Below, piece after piece: positions 1 to 9,408 of a stretch of DNA of 61,055 bases. The notes beneath the pieces are model-generated. The model was not told the DNA's origin and did no database searches. It worked only from the letters and a program-made list of their open reading frames with translations. Position 1 is the first letter of the stretch; every line of letters begins with the position of its first letter. A program made the translations under genes and the position numbers. Source of the DNA: a virus (taxonomy: Duplodnaviria > Caudoviricetes); IMG/VR virus record IMGVR_UViG_3300030376_005008, positions 1 to 61,055 of that record; one strand, given 5' to 3'.

Positions 1-156
1 GCTTTCGATGCTGAACAAGGTAGACGATTTGATGCAAGCCGTATACCTACTCATGAAGCCGAATCCCCAACGCCTGTAAATCTCGGTATCAAAGACGATG
101 TTCCTCTTACAAAGGATGGAAAGCCCGATAAGCGATACCTAAAGAAAGGTGAGTGA
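1..156 (+). CDS. 3' end of a hypothetical protein (partial, begins before the window)
   Basis: Frame +1 is open from base 1 to TGA at 154-156 (...DVPLTKDGKPDKRYLKKGE*). It ends in a basic KDGKPDKRY motif. Confidence 0.6.
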   Translation, partial: AFDAEQGRRFDASRIPTHEAESPTPVNLGIKDDVPLTKDGKPDKRYLKKGE

Positions 157-161
157 AGTGT

Positions 162-416
162 ATGGGCCGTATCTTCAAAACTCCATCCGATAATGCCACG
201 GAGGAAACCCTCCGAGCGATGCATATCGCGAACACCGTAGATACGACTTATGAACGCACTTGGGGTTGGCTCAAGACCATAGTTGCGTCTGCTATTACCG
301 CTTTAGTAATTAGTGGTTTTGAATTTCATAATCCTGAGTTTAGCCTTTGGGAAAACACTGCTGATTGGGCTGCTGGTAAACTTGTAGATTTTGCTAATTG
401 GATTAAATGGTGGTAA
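162..416 (+). CDS. Small membrane protein
   Basis: ORF track gives 153..416. ATG at 162 follows a GGTGA RBS at 148-152. Hydrophobic segment WLKTIVASAITALVISGF and an amphipathic Trp-rich C-terminus. Confidence 0.7.
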   Translation: MGRIFKTPSDNATEETLRAMHIANTVDTTYERTWGWLKTIVASAITALVISGFEFHNPEFSLWENTADWAAGKLVDFANWIKWW

Positions 417-419
417 CAT

Positions 420-1133
420 ATGCCTGACCCGACTGGAACCGCACTGGTTGGTGCGGCAATGTGGGGGCAGATGCTTTACCATACTTATCGTCCTCGTAAA
501 GTCGGAATCTACGGCACTCCGATGGTTGGTAAAACAACTCTTGACCGATACATGACTACACCGGGCGAGATGGAAGAAATAGAAGAGCGCACAAGTCATA
601 GTCGTATTCTCAAATTAGGAAACTTCAGGATGCCTAAGCCTACACGAAAACGACTTTCGTGGAATAATGAGCGCCGTCTTGTATTTTCATCCGACGTTGG
701 AGGAGATACTCGATTTTGGAATCTTTGGGTGGAAGATATGGTTACGCGTGGAGTTGAGGCTGTAGTATATATGTTCGATGACCGTGCGTTCAAAGGTGAA
801 GACGCTGGAGAGCAAATTGCTGGATTTCGCTTTCTTGTTGACAGAGTTATTGCTCGCGATTATCGTTACCGCTCTATTTGGTCACGATTGAAGGGTCGTC
901 GTTACCACCCTCGTATCGTCATGCTCGTTGCAAATAAGGCTGACCGCTTCTTTGATGAAACTGCATCTAAGTTGTGGAAAGACGGTCGAATCGCTGAGCA
1001 CAAGATATTCGACCCGTTCCGTGACGACCTCATACGATTGCAGAAAGCGGGTATACCTACAAAGCGCTCATTCATGGCTACACGTATTGGTTGGAATGTG
1101 GAAAAGACGATGTTGGACTTGTTGACCCTTTGA
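420..1133 (+). CDS. Small GTPase of the Ras superfamily, Arf/Sar-like
   Basis: G1 GTPMVGKTT, G3 DVGG within DVGGDTRFWNLW (compare Arf DVGGQxxxRxLW), AVVYMFD strand, G4 LVANKAD, and an N-terminal hydrophobic/amphipathic segment. Confidence 0.85.
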   Translation: MPDPTGTALVGAAMWGQMLYHTYRPRKVGIYGTPMVGKTTLDRYMTTPGEMEEIEERTSHSRILKLGNFRMPKPTRKRLSWNNERRLVFSSDVGGDTRFWNLWVEDMVTRGVEAVVYMFDDRAFKGEDAGEQIAGFRFLVDRVIARDYRYRSIWSRLKGRRYHPRIVMLVANKADRFFDETASKLWKDGRIAEHKIFDPFRDDLIRLQKAGIPTKRSFMATRIGWNVEKTMLDLLTL

Positions 1134-1168
1134 GTGACCTTTATGTGGAACAGGAGTGTGGGATAGTC

Positions 1169-1339
1169 ATGGTCAGCACGCGCCTTGTCTCTACAGGCGG
1201 AACAAGTCGTAGTTTACGCACAACCGTTCCTCAATGGGTTGTAGAACATTTTTCTCTCACTCCCGGTGACGCTGTTAACTGGGCACTAAAGGTTGAGAAT
1301 GGTGAAGTGTCTCTTGTTGTGACCCCGAAAAAGGATTGA
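1169..1339 (+). CDS. AbrB/MazE/SpoVT-like DNA-binding protein
   Basis: SLRTTVPQWVVEHFSLTPGDAVNW matches the swapped-hairpin pattern. The likely start is ATG 1169 (ORF track 1091..1339). Confidence 0.75.
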   Translation: MVSTRLVSTGGTSRSLRTTVPQWVVEHFSLTPGDAVNWALKVENGEVSLVVTPKKD

Positions 1340-1345
1340 TTTTTT

Positions 1346-2266
1346 ATGATGATGCGACCAAATGAACAAGTGTCGTTGGCGAGTGTCAATGAGGCTCATT
1401 TGTCTATGCTCGCCGCACAAGGAAATGAACAACTAACTCAAGCCGCTCTTGCAGAAATGGTTAACGCACAACAGGCTATGCAAGTAGCCGCTGAAGTGCA
1501 AAACATTGAGGTTCCTAGGGTTAATTTTTATCCAAGTCGTCACTCTGATGGACGAAAGGCTCGACGCAAGGACATAAAACAAGCCTACAAGTTATTGACT
1601 CCTGCAAAACGTTCGATTTTTAGCCCCCTTCGTTGGGCTGGAAACAAATATCGTTACAATAAGGACACTGGTGTGTGTGTTGTGGATGGTTGTAATTGTG
1701 GTGAATTGATTAAGCATGATAATCTCTATATGCGAATATGTGATGAAGATACAGGCCGTAGTTTATGGGAAATGTATTGGCAAAATCCTGTAACTGGTCA
1801 GGCTGAGGCGTTTATTGCACAGAATAAAGTCACAAGTGGTAGTAAAATGAGAGGCACTTATTGTCCTGAGCACCTCCATCTTTTCCACCTCTTGAAGAAA
1901 TGGGAGACAGAAGAAGACAAACAGAATGAAATGAATCCTAATCGCCTTCGTGATAAGGTTAAGCGTGGTGTTTCTATTGTGACTGTGCCTGTTGCATCTG
2001 TAAAGAAGAAAGACCCTCAACCAGCAATGCTTGCAAAGTATGAACCATTCTTTGCTGAACTTGAGAGGGATGCTGGTAAGACAAAAGGCATTAGTATTCT
2101 TCATTACAAGAATCCGGTGACTAACGTAAATGATGTCACGATGATTGTCTTCGACCTTCGTATTTTCCAAGCAGAACTTGAGGCTCTAAATACTCCTACT
2201 CAAGCGTTTCAAAATTTAGTTGCACAACAGAACATTGATTCGGGACAGGCTCTTGGGGGTGAGTAG
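1346..2266 (+). CDS. Hypothetical protein with Cys/His metal-binding motifs
   Basis: 306-aa ORF with CVVDGCNC and YCPEHLH motifs and a Q/A-rich helical N-terminus. Confidence 0.75.
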   Translation: MMMRPNEQVSLASVNEAHLSMLAAQGNEQLTQAALAEMVNAQQAMQVAAEVQNIEVPRVNFYPSRHSDGRKARRKDIKQAYKLLTPAKRSIFSPLRWAGNKYRYNKDTGVCVVDGCNCGELIKHDNLYMRICDEDTGRSLWEMYWQNPVTGQAEAFIAQNKVTSGSKMRGTYCPEHLHLFHLLKKWETEEDKQNEMNPNRLRDKVKRGVSIVTVPVASVKKKDPQPAMLAKYEPFFAELERDAGKTKGISILHYKNPVTNVNDVTMIVFDLRIFQAELEALNTPTQAFQNLVAQQNIDSGQALGGE

Positions 2267-2899
2267 ATGTTTGGCTTCAGTAATCAACCAGCACAACCCG
2301 GTTCATTGAATCTTTCAGCAACAGGTGCGCCTGTGGGTGCCCAGCAGTCATTCGGTTTTGCCCAACCTGCTATGCAACAAAATCCCATGATGGGTGGTAT
2401 GATGGGTGGTATGGGGATGACCCCACAACAGCAACAATTTGTGCAGCAACCTGTTGCACCCCCTAGTGAGTTAGAGATACTTAACGCATTACTCGTTTCA
2501 CAGAATCCTCTTCATCGTTTCATCAAGGATGGAGGTCTAGGGATGTTAGTTGAGATTATAGCAGCCACAACGACGCTTTCTCTTCTTACTGTTCTCAAAG
2601 ATGCTACTTTCGCAATTGATGAAGAAGAAGGCGGAATGAAGTTAGACCAAGCGAGCCTTCCTGATAATCTCAAGACGTTAAGTGCTGAGAATGTTGGTAT
2701 CCTTCTCAATCAAATGATTGCTAATAGCACTCAAACTGTTCAACAAGCAGAAATGCAACGCCAGCAAATTATAGCAATGTCTCAACAATCCATGATGGGA
2801 GGTGCACTTCAAGCCGCACTTGCTGATGAGGGGATGATGGAGAAGGTCGGAGGGGGCATCGGAAGTGTTGCACGTTCCTTCATGGGTTTACCTAAGTGA
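2267..2899 (+). CDS. Hypothetical protein with Q/M/G-rich N-terminus and hydrophobic helices
   Basis: 210-aa ORF abutting the previous stop, GGTGA RBS, hydrophobic stretch LGMLVEIIAATTTLSLLTVL. Confidence 0.75.
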   Translation: MFGFSNQPAQPGSLNLSATGAPVGAQQSFGFAQPAMQQNPMMGGMMGGMGMTPQQQQFVQQPVAPPSELEILNALLVSQNPLHRFIKDGGLGMLVEIIAATTTLSLLTVLKDATFAIDEEEGGMKLDQASLPDNLKTLSAENVGILLNQMIANSTQTVQQAEMQRQQIIAMSQQSMMGGALQAALADEGMMEKVGGGIGSVARSFMGLPK

Positions 2900-3165
2900 T
2901 TGATATGATACCTACACCAAGAGATGCTATCGAAATCCCAATGAGGGGACTTACGAGTTCCAGTATTGATGTGTTTGCACCAAATCGCTCTGTTATTACA
3001 GACATGATTATGGTGCAATTTATTAGCATCATTGTGGTGTTTTTCGCTCTGTTACTCTTCAAAGGTCAAACTCTTTCTTCTACAGATGTGAGTTTAGCAT
3101 TAGTTGGGATATTTAGTGCGTCTATGATGCTGGGCACTATTTACTCACGTTTGACTCGTGGTTGA
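2896..3165 (+). CDS. Small two-TM membrane protein
   Basis: 89 aa with two hydrophobic segments (IMVQFISIIVVFFALLLF; VSLALVGIFSASMMLGTIY). GTGA overlap with the upstream stop. Confidence 0.7.
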   Translation: MIDMIPTPRDAIEIPMRGLTSSSIDVFAPNRSVITDMIMVQFISIIVVFFALLLFKGQTLSSTDVSLALVGIFSASMMLGTIYSRLTRG

Positions 3166-3384
3166 CCATTTCCCTTTTGGACATTCCATACTCGGTAATG
3201 CGGCTTTAATACGCATTACACAACCACATGAGCGGCATAACCCTGCTCTCTTCATGAGCAACGGACAAGTATCACAAATCGAGAGACGCCGAGCATATTC
3301 TATTTTTGTAACTCGTTTGTTTTTAATGACATCAGAACTCGCTTGAACGAGTTCACCGGGAATCCGTTTGAGACGCCGAGGCAT
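3145..3384 (-). CDS. Small Cys-rich Zn-binding protein (DUF6171-like)
   Basis: RRLSICDTCP...CRSCGC...CPKGKW pattern, common in viral small proteins. Confidence 0.7.
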   Translation of the reverse strand: MPRRLKRIPGELVQASSDVIKNKRVTKIEYARRLSICDTCPLLMKRAGLCRSCGCVMRIKAALPSMECPKGKWSTTSQT

Positions 3385-3443
3385 AGTCAGTCGCTATCGC
3401 CTTCCCTGAAAAGGATTATCTCCAATGCCGCTTTAAGCGCACC

Positions 3444-4127
3444 ATGACCGGAGCGGAGCGTGTCTCTAAGCGGTCTTGTCCATTTTGCCAACATCCAAGT
3501 CGCGATGAGTTAGAAGAAGCACTTCTGTTGGGCGAAATCTCTCCAAAACAACTTGACCAAGATATGGGATGGCGTTTCAATACGGCTGACCGTCATTATC
3601 GAAATCACATGGGACAATTCCATATGGCTTCTAATCCTCAATGTAAGGTTTGTAGCCACCCGCAACGTGCTGAGTTTGAAGAGAGATTTTTCGCAGATGG
3701 TTCACAATCTGATGCTATTGCTGAAGAAGTCGGTGTTGCTGAATCTTCTGTATATCACCATATGAAACATCACTTTCAACCGATGGTTCAAAGAGCGGCT
3801 GTTGCTGAGGTCGCGATGGTAGTGGGGCGCGAGGTAGATGCACTCAGGTCGAATGTCGAACTTCTCAACCATAAGTTGTCTGAATTGCTCGGCGAGGGAA
3901 GTGTTCACGAAGACGGCTTTGTTCGGGATGCAGTGTCCTTGCACAAAGAAGTCAGAGAATCCTTGAAGGATTTGATGAAGATGCAGGAAACTTGGGGTCC
4001 GACTACTGAAAATGGGGAGATTCACAATACCATCAATATCTTGAAGGTTGAACTTGGAAAAGAAAGTCCTGAATCTTGGGCGCGTATTCGTGAGAAGTTA
4101 GTAGGACATGTGGAGGACTTAGAATGA
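3444..4127 (+). CDS. Tandem CxxCxH...HxxxH Zn/HTH protein, putative terminase small subunit
   Basis: Two repeats (CPFCQHP...HYRNH; CKVCSHP...HMKHH) followed by a coiled coil. It is the first gene of the operon leading to the large terminase. Confidence 0.55.
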   Translation: MTGAERVSKRSCPFCQHPSRDELEEALLLGEISPKQLDQDMGWRFNTADRHYRNHMGQFHMASNPQCKVCSHPQRAEFEERFFADGSQSDAIAEEVGVAESSVYHHMKHHFQPMVQRAAVAEVAMVVGREVDALRSNVELLNHKLSELLGEGSVHEDGFVRDAVSLHKEVRESLKDLMKMQETWGPTTENGEIHNTINILKVELGKESPESWARIREKLVGHVEDLE

Positions 4128-4519
4128 TTCAAGTCCCTGTGCCTGACCTCCTCCAAATGACTCATCCGGGTTATGTTAATATCAAAAGTGAAGTTAATCT
4201 TTCACATCTCCCTGCTATACTCGACTATTCTCGTTGTTTAGTAGAGCGGTTTGAACATTATGGGGATGTGAAAATTTCCCCTTCTGACATGTTCCCTATA
4301 CTTGGTAAGATGTTTGAAACATTAAACACAGAAGATGACCCCGCTATTGTTCTCCCAGTTCGTATGCAACTCCCACGTGTTCTTGAGGAGTTTGAAGCCA
4401 TGACTGAGAAAATGTGTCAAGCCTTCCCAATGAATGCGAACATTAAGAAAATTTATCGCGATATCTCAGAATATTACTACGAGATGTTCGATGTGCTTAC
4501 TGGGGGTGAAAACGAATGA
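4124..4519 (+). CDS. Hypothetical protein
   Basis: 131-aa ORF with ATGA overlaps on both sides and a GGAGG RBS. Confidence 0.7.
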   Translation: MIQVPVPDLLQMTHPGYVNIKSEVNLSHLPAILDYSRCLVERFEHYGDVKISPSDMFPILGKMFETLNTEDDPAIVLPVRMQLPRVLEEFEAMTEKMCQAFPMNANIKKIYRDISEYYYEMFDVLTGGENE

Positions 4520-5706
4520 CTGGTGGTATGATGGGTCGAACTTCTGATACTCGGATGTATAATCCTCATTCTGAATCTTCTCACATGTATCGTGAGAATC
4601 ACGAAGAGGAATCCACTCGAACTGGATACGAAGACCCTCGTGATGTTGATGCTAAGGCTGACCGTCGTCAGAAGAAAAAGGAAGCCGAGGAGAAAGAAAA
4701 CCGAAAGATTCGCCATATTAAGGTCCGCCGTCATCACATGGGTCTTGGTGAAAAAGAACCATCGGGAGAAATGCCTGAAGAAGAATCTGAGTTTAAGCCA
4801 CGTGAATCGCCATCAGAACCAACAATCCCTGCTGGTGCTGGTGGATTCCTAACAAGCCTTGCTGCTCAAGCAAAAGGTCCGGGCGCTGCCGCTGGTCAAA
4901 TGGTTCAGATGAGCGAGCCAATGGAGCATGCTTGGTCTGAGTTGTTGAAATCAAAGCGTAAGACCGAGAAGCAACGCAAGAAAGAACAACGCGCAAAGTG
5001 GCGACCATCCACTGGTAAGTTCAAGCGACCTCGTGGTGGATACACTGGACGTTCAGGAACATCTGCTCGTGCTAAGTTACTTTCTCGACACATCAAAGGT
5101 GGGCGTAAGTCAGGTCTAATGCTCCCTCATCTTGCTGTTGAGATGTCTCACCGTGGTGTTGCGTCCAAGCAACCAATGTCCAAAGACCCACAAGCATACA
5201 ATCAGTATCGTGCTTACCAAGAGCAGCAAAACATTCTTGGAAACGTCCGCCCACAACGTGGTGCGCGCCTTCCTTCTTCTCAGATTCGCATGCCGCAGGT
5301 TCCTAAACCTCGACTCAAGCCCCATCGCATTGCACCGATTCAGCCCCCGGCCATGCGTAGACCTCATCTTGTTCAACCAAAGATGCCCAGCATGGTGACC
5401 ATGAGCGAAGATGAACCTGTTAGTTCTGATATTCTGAAGGCTGCTAATCGCCATCTCCTAATTGAGATGCGAAATGAACTCAAGCAACTCAAAGAGATGA
5501 TGAAACGTCGCGACCGCGATAGTAAGAGGAAGGGTATGGGAGAGCCTGATACTGCTGGTGCAGCATCGACATTACCAAAATATCCCGGCAACAATCCAAA
5601 ACAAACTACTCGTCCTGAGGGCGCAACCGAAGATGAGAATGATGCTCGCACTTGGGGCCTCGACCCAATCGGAGGCATAGTTGGTCGAGGAGGAAACCGA
5701 GCATGA
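4516..5706 (+). CDS. Basic, disordered hypothetical protein carrying an EPMEHAWSELLK tag
   Basis: 396 aa, R/K/P-rich. Internal motifs MSEPMEHAWSELLKS (~4909-4953) and SSDILKAA. Confidence 0.75.
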   Translation: MTGGMMGRTSDTRMYNPHSESSHMYRENHEEESTRTGYEDPRDVDAKADRRQKKKEAEEKENRKIRHIKVRRHHMGLGEKEPSGEMPEEESEFKPRESPSEPTIPAGAGGFLTSLAAQAKGPGAAAGQMVQMSEPMEHAWSELLKSKRKTEKQRKKEQRAKWRPSTGKFKRPRGGYTGRSGTSARAKLLSRHIKGGRKSGLMLPHLAVEMSHRGVASKQPMSKDPQAYNQYRAYQEQQNILGNVRPQRGARLPSSQIRMPQVPKPRLKPHRIAPIQPPAMRRPHLVQPKMPSMVTMSEDEPVSSDILKAANRHLLIEMRNELKQLKEMMKRRDRDSKRKGMGEPDTAGAASTLPKYPGNNPKQTTRPEGATEDENDARTWGLDPIGGIVGRGGNRA

Positions 5707-8027
5707 GTTACATCATGGTGCGTAAGTCACTCATCATCAAGGGTGATGGTGTCTATGCGTATCATAACGGAGTCCCTCATCTTCTAACTGCGCCTCCACC
5801 TGAGGCTTTTGGTATTGGTCCCGATGGAATTGATGCACCTGCGTTTGCTCATCTTGGAGCCGCAGCACCTCATGCCAGTGGTCATCCCGGTATGGGTGAG
5901 TTACTTCCCGGTAAATTCCGTCGTGGTAAATACGGTGAAACTGCTTGGCATGATGGAGATTTTGACCACTTTCACGGCCATGATGGTGTATGGCATCAAA
6001 TCGGAAAAGCGCTTGAAGAGAGCGGTATGCTTGGTAAAGAACATCCTGAACTGGGTAAATTAACTCCTGATAATATCCTTCAACGTTCAATTACTGAGCA
6101 TAACAGAAAACACCATAGCGAAAATAATTTTCATGCGCTTCCTGATGTAGATAGCCCTGAGTGGAGAAAAATCAATACTGCTTCTTGGACTGGAAAAAGT
6201 GCGTCAGGAAGACCTAATAGAAATTCTGATGGAAAACTGATAACTGGTTTCACTAATCGCGGTGAAGACCGGGCCAAGATTGGGCATTTTGTTGAGTCAT
6301 ATTCCGTGCCTTACAATCAAGAACTTCAAGAAATTATGCTCCATACCCTTGGTCTTCAGCAATATGCACAAGAAGAGTGGCTTTCTCGCAATTACATTTC
6401 TATTGATGACCTCGATAGCGGCGCTCGTCGTGGAAAGAGAATCAAAGGTTATGGTGGTGACCGAATAGGGGACAAAGGGCAACTTCCTGATATGCATCTT
6501 GACGATAGACATGATGCTCCTCATCAACGTATTCAATCTTGGGAAGTCGCTCACCATCTTCCTGATATGTTTCATTACAAGTTAAATCGTCAACCTACGA
6601 GTTCTGATATGGGTAGTGCCATGCAACATATTGAGATGGCTATGGGGTCAATCGACCCTAACAAAATACCTGATGTGATGGTTCCAATCAATACGGCTCA
6701 AACTGCTGGTGGGACAGATTACAACATGCAGCCTTTACGCACTGCACTTCGTGACCCAACCATGAGGCAAAATCTTGTAAAAGAATTAGCAAGAACTCCA
6801 GCATTTCATTTTATGTTTGGAAGAGTAAAGGCTGGTGGCTCTCGCCCAACTCCTTCTTCGCGTATGTTCCAACATCTTTTGGAACAATTTGGCGGAGACA
6901 ACTTTGATGATGCTAAATCACACGTAACCGCTGGGCCACACATGCGAATGCCTGATGGTTCAAAAGCAGGAACCAGTGGAAAAGGCACACACACAAACGC
7001 TGCTAATTTCTTCACAAAAGTAATGCTTGGTGGGCCTCATGAAGAAGGGCCGAGTGCCATGCGTCATTACCATCCTGACGAAGATGTGCTTCAGTCATTT
7101 GGTGTTGATACGGGAAGTGCGGAAACTGCTGATGCAAGAAGACAAGCAGTTGAAGCAATAGGCGACCTTATTTCAGAATCACAAGGTCATCAAACTCGCC
7201 GTCCTGTTCCTGAAGATATTCCAACTGGTGCACTTAGGTCAAGTCGTGTTCAAGGTTATCCAGAACCTGATGCTCTTATTGACCGACTCCCTCCTCACAT
7301 TCCGTTTTCCACGGACCTTTCTATGCCCCCAATGGCTTCGGGACCACCCCGTGAGCGCACACCACCCACTCCTTCGGCGGCGCCGTCCCCGTCGAGAGAG
7401 GCCAGCCCTCCTCCGCTGGCGACCCCCCAACCTCCTACAAGGGCGGCACCTTCTCCTCAAACGAGATTGGACGACCCTAGATTTAGGCAACAACGTCCTT
7501 CCACTATGCAAGAAGAGTTCCAACGTCGTTTGGCTCGTGGGCCAAACCGAGCACAGCCGCCTGAACTTGTGCGCGTTCGTCGTGATGTTGGTGGCTATGA
7601 GCCTCAGCAACTTCGTCAGTTTATGCAAGCAAGTGGTATTGGTCCTCGACCCGGTGTCGGTGAACTTACCCCTCAAGAACAACAATTCCAACAAACATTC
7701 GGTGACCCTCGCCAGCAGTTGATTGAACAATATTTGAGAAGCCTTGACGAGTCACTCCCTGAGGCTGACCGTTTATTGAAGGCAATGGAAACCATGCAAC
7801 GAGATGATGCGATGGGTGACGACATGGTCATGAAACATGCCCTTACTCGTCCAGTTAATATCGCTGACAATCACGGTGTGAGCCACCTTGCTAAAATGGT
7901 AGGTCTAACTCCACTTGATGTTCGCTCTATTGCACACCAAACAGGTGATTGGAATCGTATTGCAAAGCGTCTTAATGTTTCTGACAATGTTGTGAAGGTC
8001 ATCAAAGTAAGCATCGGAGGTGTCTGA
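5703..8027 (+). CDS. Large hypothetical protein, His/Gly-rich with a Pro-rich linker and C-terminal HTH-like region
   Basis: ORF track gives 5652..8027. The likely start is ATG 5703 (ATGA overlap). C-terminus LAKMVGLTPLDVRSIAHQTGDWNRIAKRLNVSDNVVKVIK is HTH-like. Confidence 0.75.
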   Translation: MSYIMVRKSLIIKGDGVYAYHNGVPHLLTAPPPEAFGIGPDGIDAPAFAHLGAAAPHASGHPGMGELLPGKFRRGKYGETAWHDGDFDHFHGHDGVWHQIGKALEESGMLGKEHPELGKLTPDNILQRSITEHNRKHHSENNFHALPDVDSPEWRKINTASWTGKSASGRPNRNSDGKLITGFTNRGEDRAKIGHFVESYSVPYNQELQEIMLHTLGLQQYAQEEWLSRNYISIDDLDSGARRGKRIKGYGGDRIGDKGQLPDMHLDDRHDAPHQRIQSWEVAHHLPDMFHYKLNRQPTSSDMGSAMQHIEMAMGSIDPNKIPDVMVPINTAQTAGGTDYNMQPLRTALRDPTMRQNLVKELARTPAFHFMFGRVKAGGSRPTPSSRMFQHLLEQFGGDNFDDAKSHVTAGPHMRMPDGSKAGTSGKGTHTNAANFFTKVMLGGPHEEGPSAMRHYHPDEDVLQSFGVDTGSAETADARRQAVEAIGDLISESQGHQTRRPVPEDIPTGALRSSRVQGYPEPDALIDRLPPHIPFSTDLSMPPMASGPPRERTPPTPSAAPSPSREASPPPLATPQPPTRAAPSPQTRLDDPRFRQQRPSTMQEEFQRRLARGPNRAQPPELVRVRRDVGGYEPQQLRQFMQASGIGPRPGVGELTPQEQQFQQTFGDPRQQLIEQYLRSLDESLPEADRLLKAMETMQRDDAMGDDMVMKHALTRPVNIADNHGVSHLAKMVGLTPLDVRSIAHQTGDWNRIAKRLNVSDNVVKVIKVSIGGV

Positions 8028-9404
8028 ATGAAAGATGTCGGTGTTTTGCGAAAGCAGGATAATTTTGTCGGTGTTTTGCGAAAGCAAGTCGAAGGTGAAA
8101 TCCAAATGACACCGGGTGAGGGCGCTCGTTTTGTTCAAACATTACCCATAGGTAATAGAGGAAAAAGAGAACAAATGCCACTTCGTGGTGGTCGTAGTTA
8201 TGAAGAAATGCGTGATGCTCAAACAGCAGGTGAGAAAGCAACACAAAAATTACAAGATATTCGTAGTAAAAGAGTGCCACTTACTGAGCAAAGCGCAATT
8301 GACCCTGTTCAGTTTAGTGAAGCACAAGCCGCTCAAAGAATGGAACAAATGGATGCCCCATTGTATGAATCGACAATAGAAGAGGCACAACCACAAACAT
8401 ACAAAGAGCAGTATGGACTTCAAGCAGCACAACGTGCTCAACCCGGTCAAGAAGCAACGGCATACAGTCGTGGTGGATTAGGTGGGACAACAGGGCGAAC
8501 TGTTGGTGCTGGGCTTGCTGGTGCCTATGGTGGGCTTCAGGCTCTTCTTGCATTAAATCGAGCAGGTGCTTCGGGTCAAGATTTACCGAGTGCTCTCGGT
8601 GGTTCTGCTCTTCAAGGTATGACGAGTTACGGAACAGTTGCACCGACTGCTCAGAATATTGGAGGCGAGGTTGGAAGTAGAGTCGCTGTCCGTGGTGGAC
8701 AAGTAAAAGACCAAGGACAAAAAATTGCTCAAGGTGTAAAAGTCCAAGGACAAAAAATTGCTCAAGGTGTGAAAAACCAAGGTCAAGATTTTGCTCAAAG
8801 TGTTAGAGAACGCATGCGACCTGCTGAGCCGACTGTTGCTGGGCCTACTGGACCCCCTCCTCCTCGTTATCCACTCGCTCGCACCGGACCGTCGTATCTA
8901 GGTGAAACTCCTTTTACTCATACAGCACCTACGAGTTTCCAACAAAGACAATTTATGGGTGAAGCAGATGCACGAAGTCACGCAAATGAAAGGCTTCGTA
9001 GGCAAGGTCTTCCAAGGCTTCCTTCTTTGTTTAGTCCTATAGAAAAACCACCAGCAGCACCAGTTCTTGTTACGCCTCCAGTCGCTGGACCTATTGGTCC
9101 TCCACCTACTGCCCCAGTTCCTGTTGCTCAACCTGCTAGTCAAACTAATTTATATGATGGCAAATTCGCCCCTCCAGTCGCTGGACCTACTGGTCCTCCA
9201 CCTACACCTACACCTATTGGTCAAACCACATATGACCAATTTACACAACCTGCCGCACCAACTCCCGCCGCACCAACTCCCGCCGCACCAACTCCCGCCG
9301 CACCTAACTCTAACATGTTAGATGCTTTTACAGAGCAAGTAATAGCAGGGCAAAATGCAGCAGCCGCCAGTAGTTCCACTGTAAGCAAACCTCACGGAGC
9401 GTGA
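8028..9404 (+). CDS. Low-complexity Q/P/A/G-rich hypothetical protein
   Basis: 458-aa ORF with GGAGGTG RBS and several internal tandem repeats. Confidence 0.75.
   Translation: MKDVGVLRKQDNFVGVLRKQVEGEIQMTPGEGARFVQTLPIGNRGKREQMPLRGGRSYEEMRDAQTAGEKATQKLQDIRSKRVPLTEQSAIDPVQFSEAQAAQRMEQMDAPLYESTIEEAQPQTYKEQYGLQAAQRAQPGQEATAYSRGGLGGTTGRTVGAGLAGAYGGLQALLALNRAGASGQDLPSALGGSALQGMTSYGTVAPTAQNIGGEVGSRVAVRGGQVKDQGQKIAQGVKVQGQKIAQGVKNQGQDFAQSVRERMRPAEPTVAGPTGPPPPRYPLARTGPSYLGETPFTHTAPTSFQQRQFMGEADARSHANERLRRQGLPRLPSLFSPIEKPPAAPVLVTPPVAGPIGPPPTAPVPVAQPASQTNLYDGKFAPPVAGPTGPPPTPTPIGQTTYDQFTQPAAPTPAAPTPAAPTPAAPNSNMLDAFTEQVIAGQNAAAASSSTVSKPHGA
8036..8086 (+). repeat. Two exact 21-bp direct repeats (TGTCGGTGTTTTGCGAAAGCA), period 30 bp
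   Basis: Copies at 8036-8056 and 8066-8086, encoding VGVLRKQ twice. Confidence 0.9.
8703..8801 (+). repeat. 33-bp coding tandem repeat x3 (VKxQGQKIAQG)
   Basis: CCAAGGACAAAAAATTGCTCAAGGTGT occurs twice, followed by a degenerate third copy. Confidence 0.85.
9252..9305 (+). repeat. 15-bp coding tandem repeat (GCCGCACCAACTCCC; AAPTP) x3.5
   Basis: Directly visible tandem copies. Confidence 0.9.
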
Positions 9405-9408
9405 TTAA

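Noticed and set aside
8036-8086. 21-bp direct repeat as an operator or att site
   Set aside because: It is in frame within the start of a CDS with a 30-bp period, so it is more simply a coding duplication. A regulatory role cannot be excluded.
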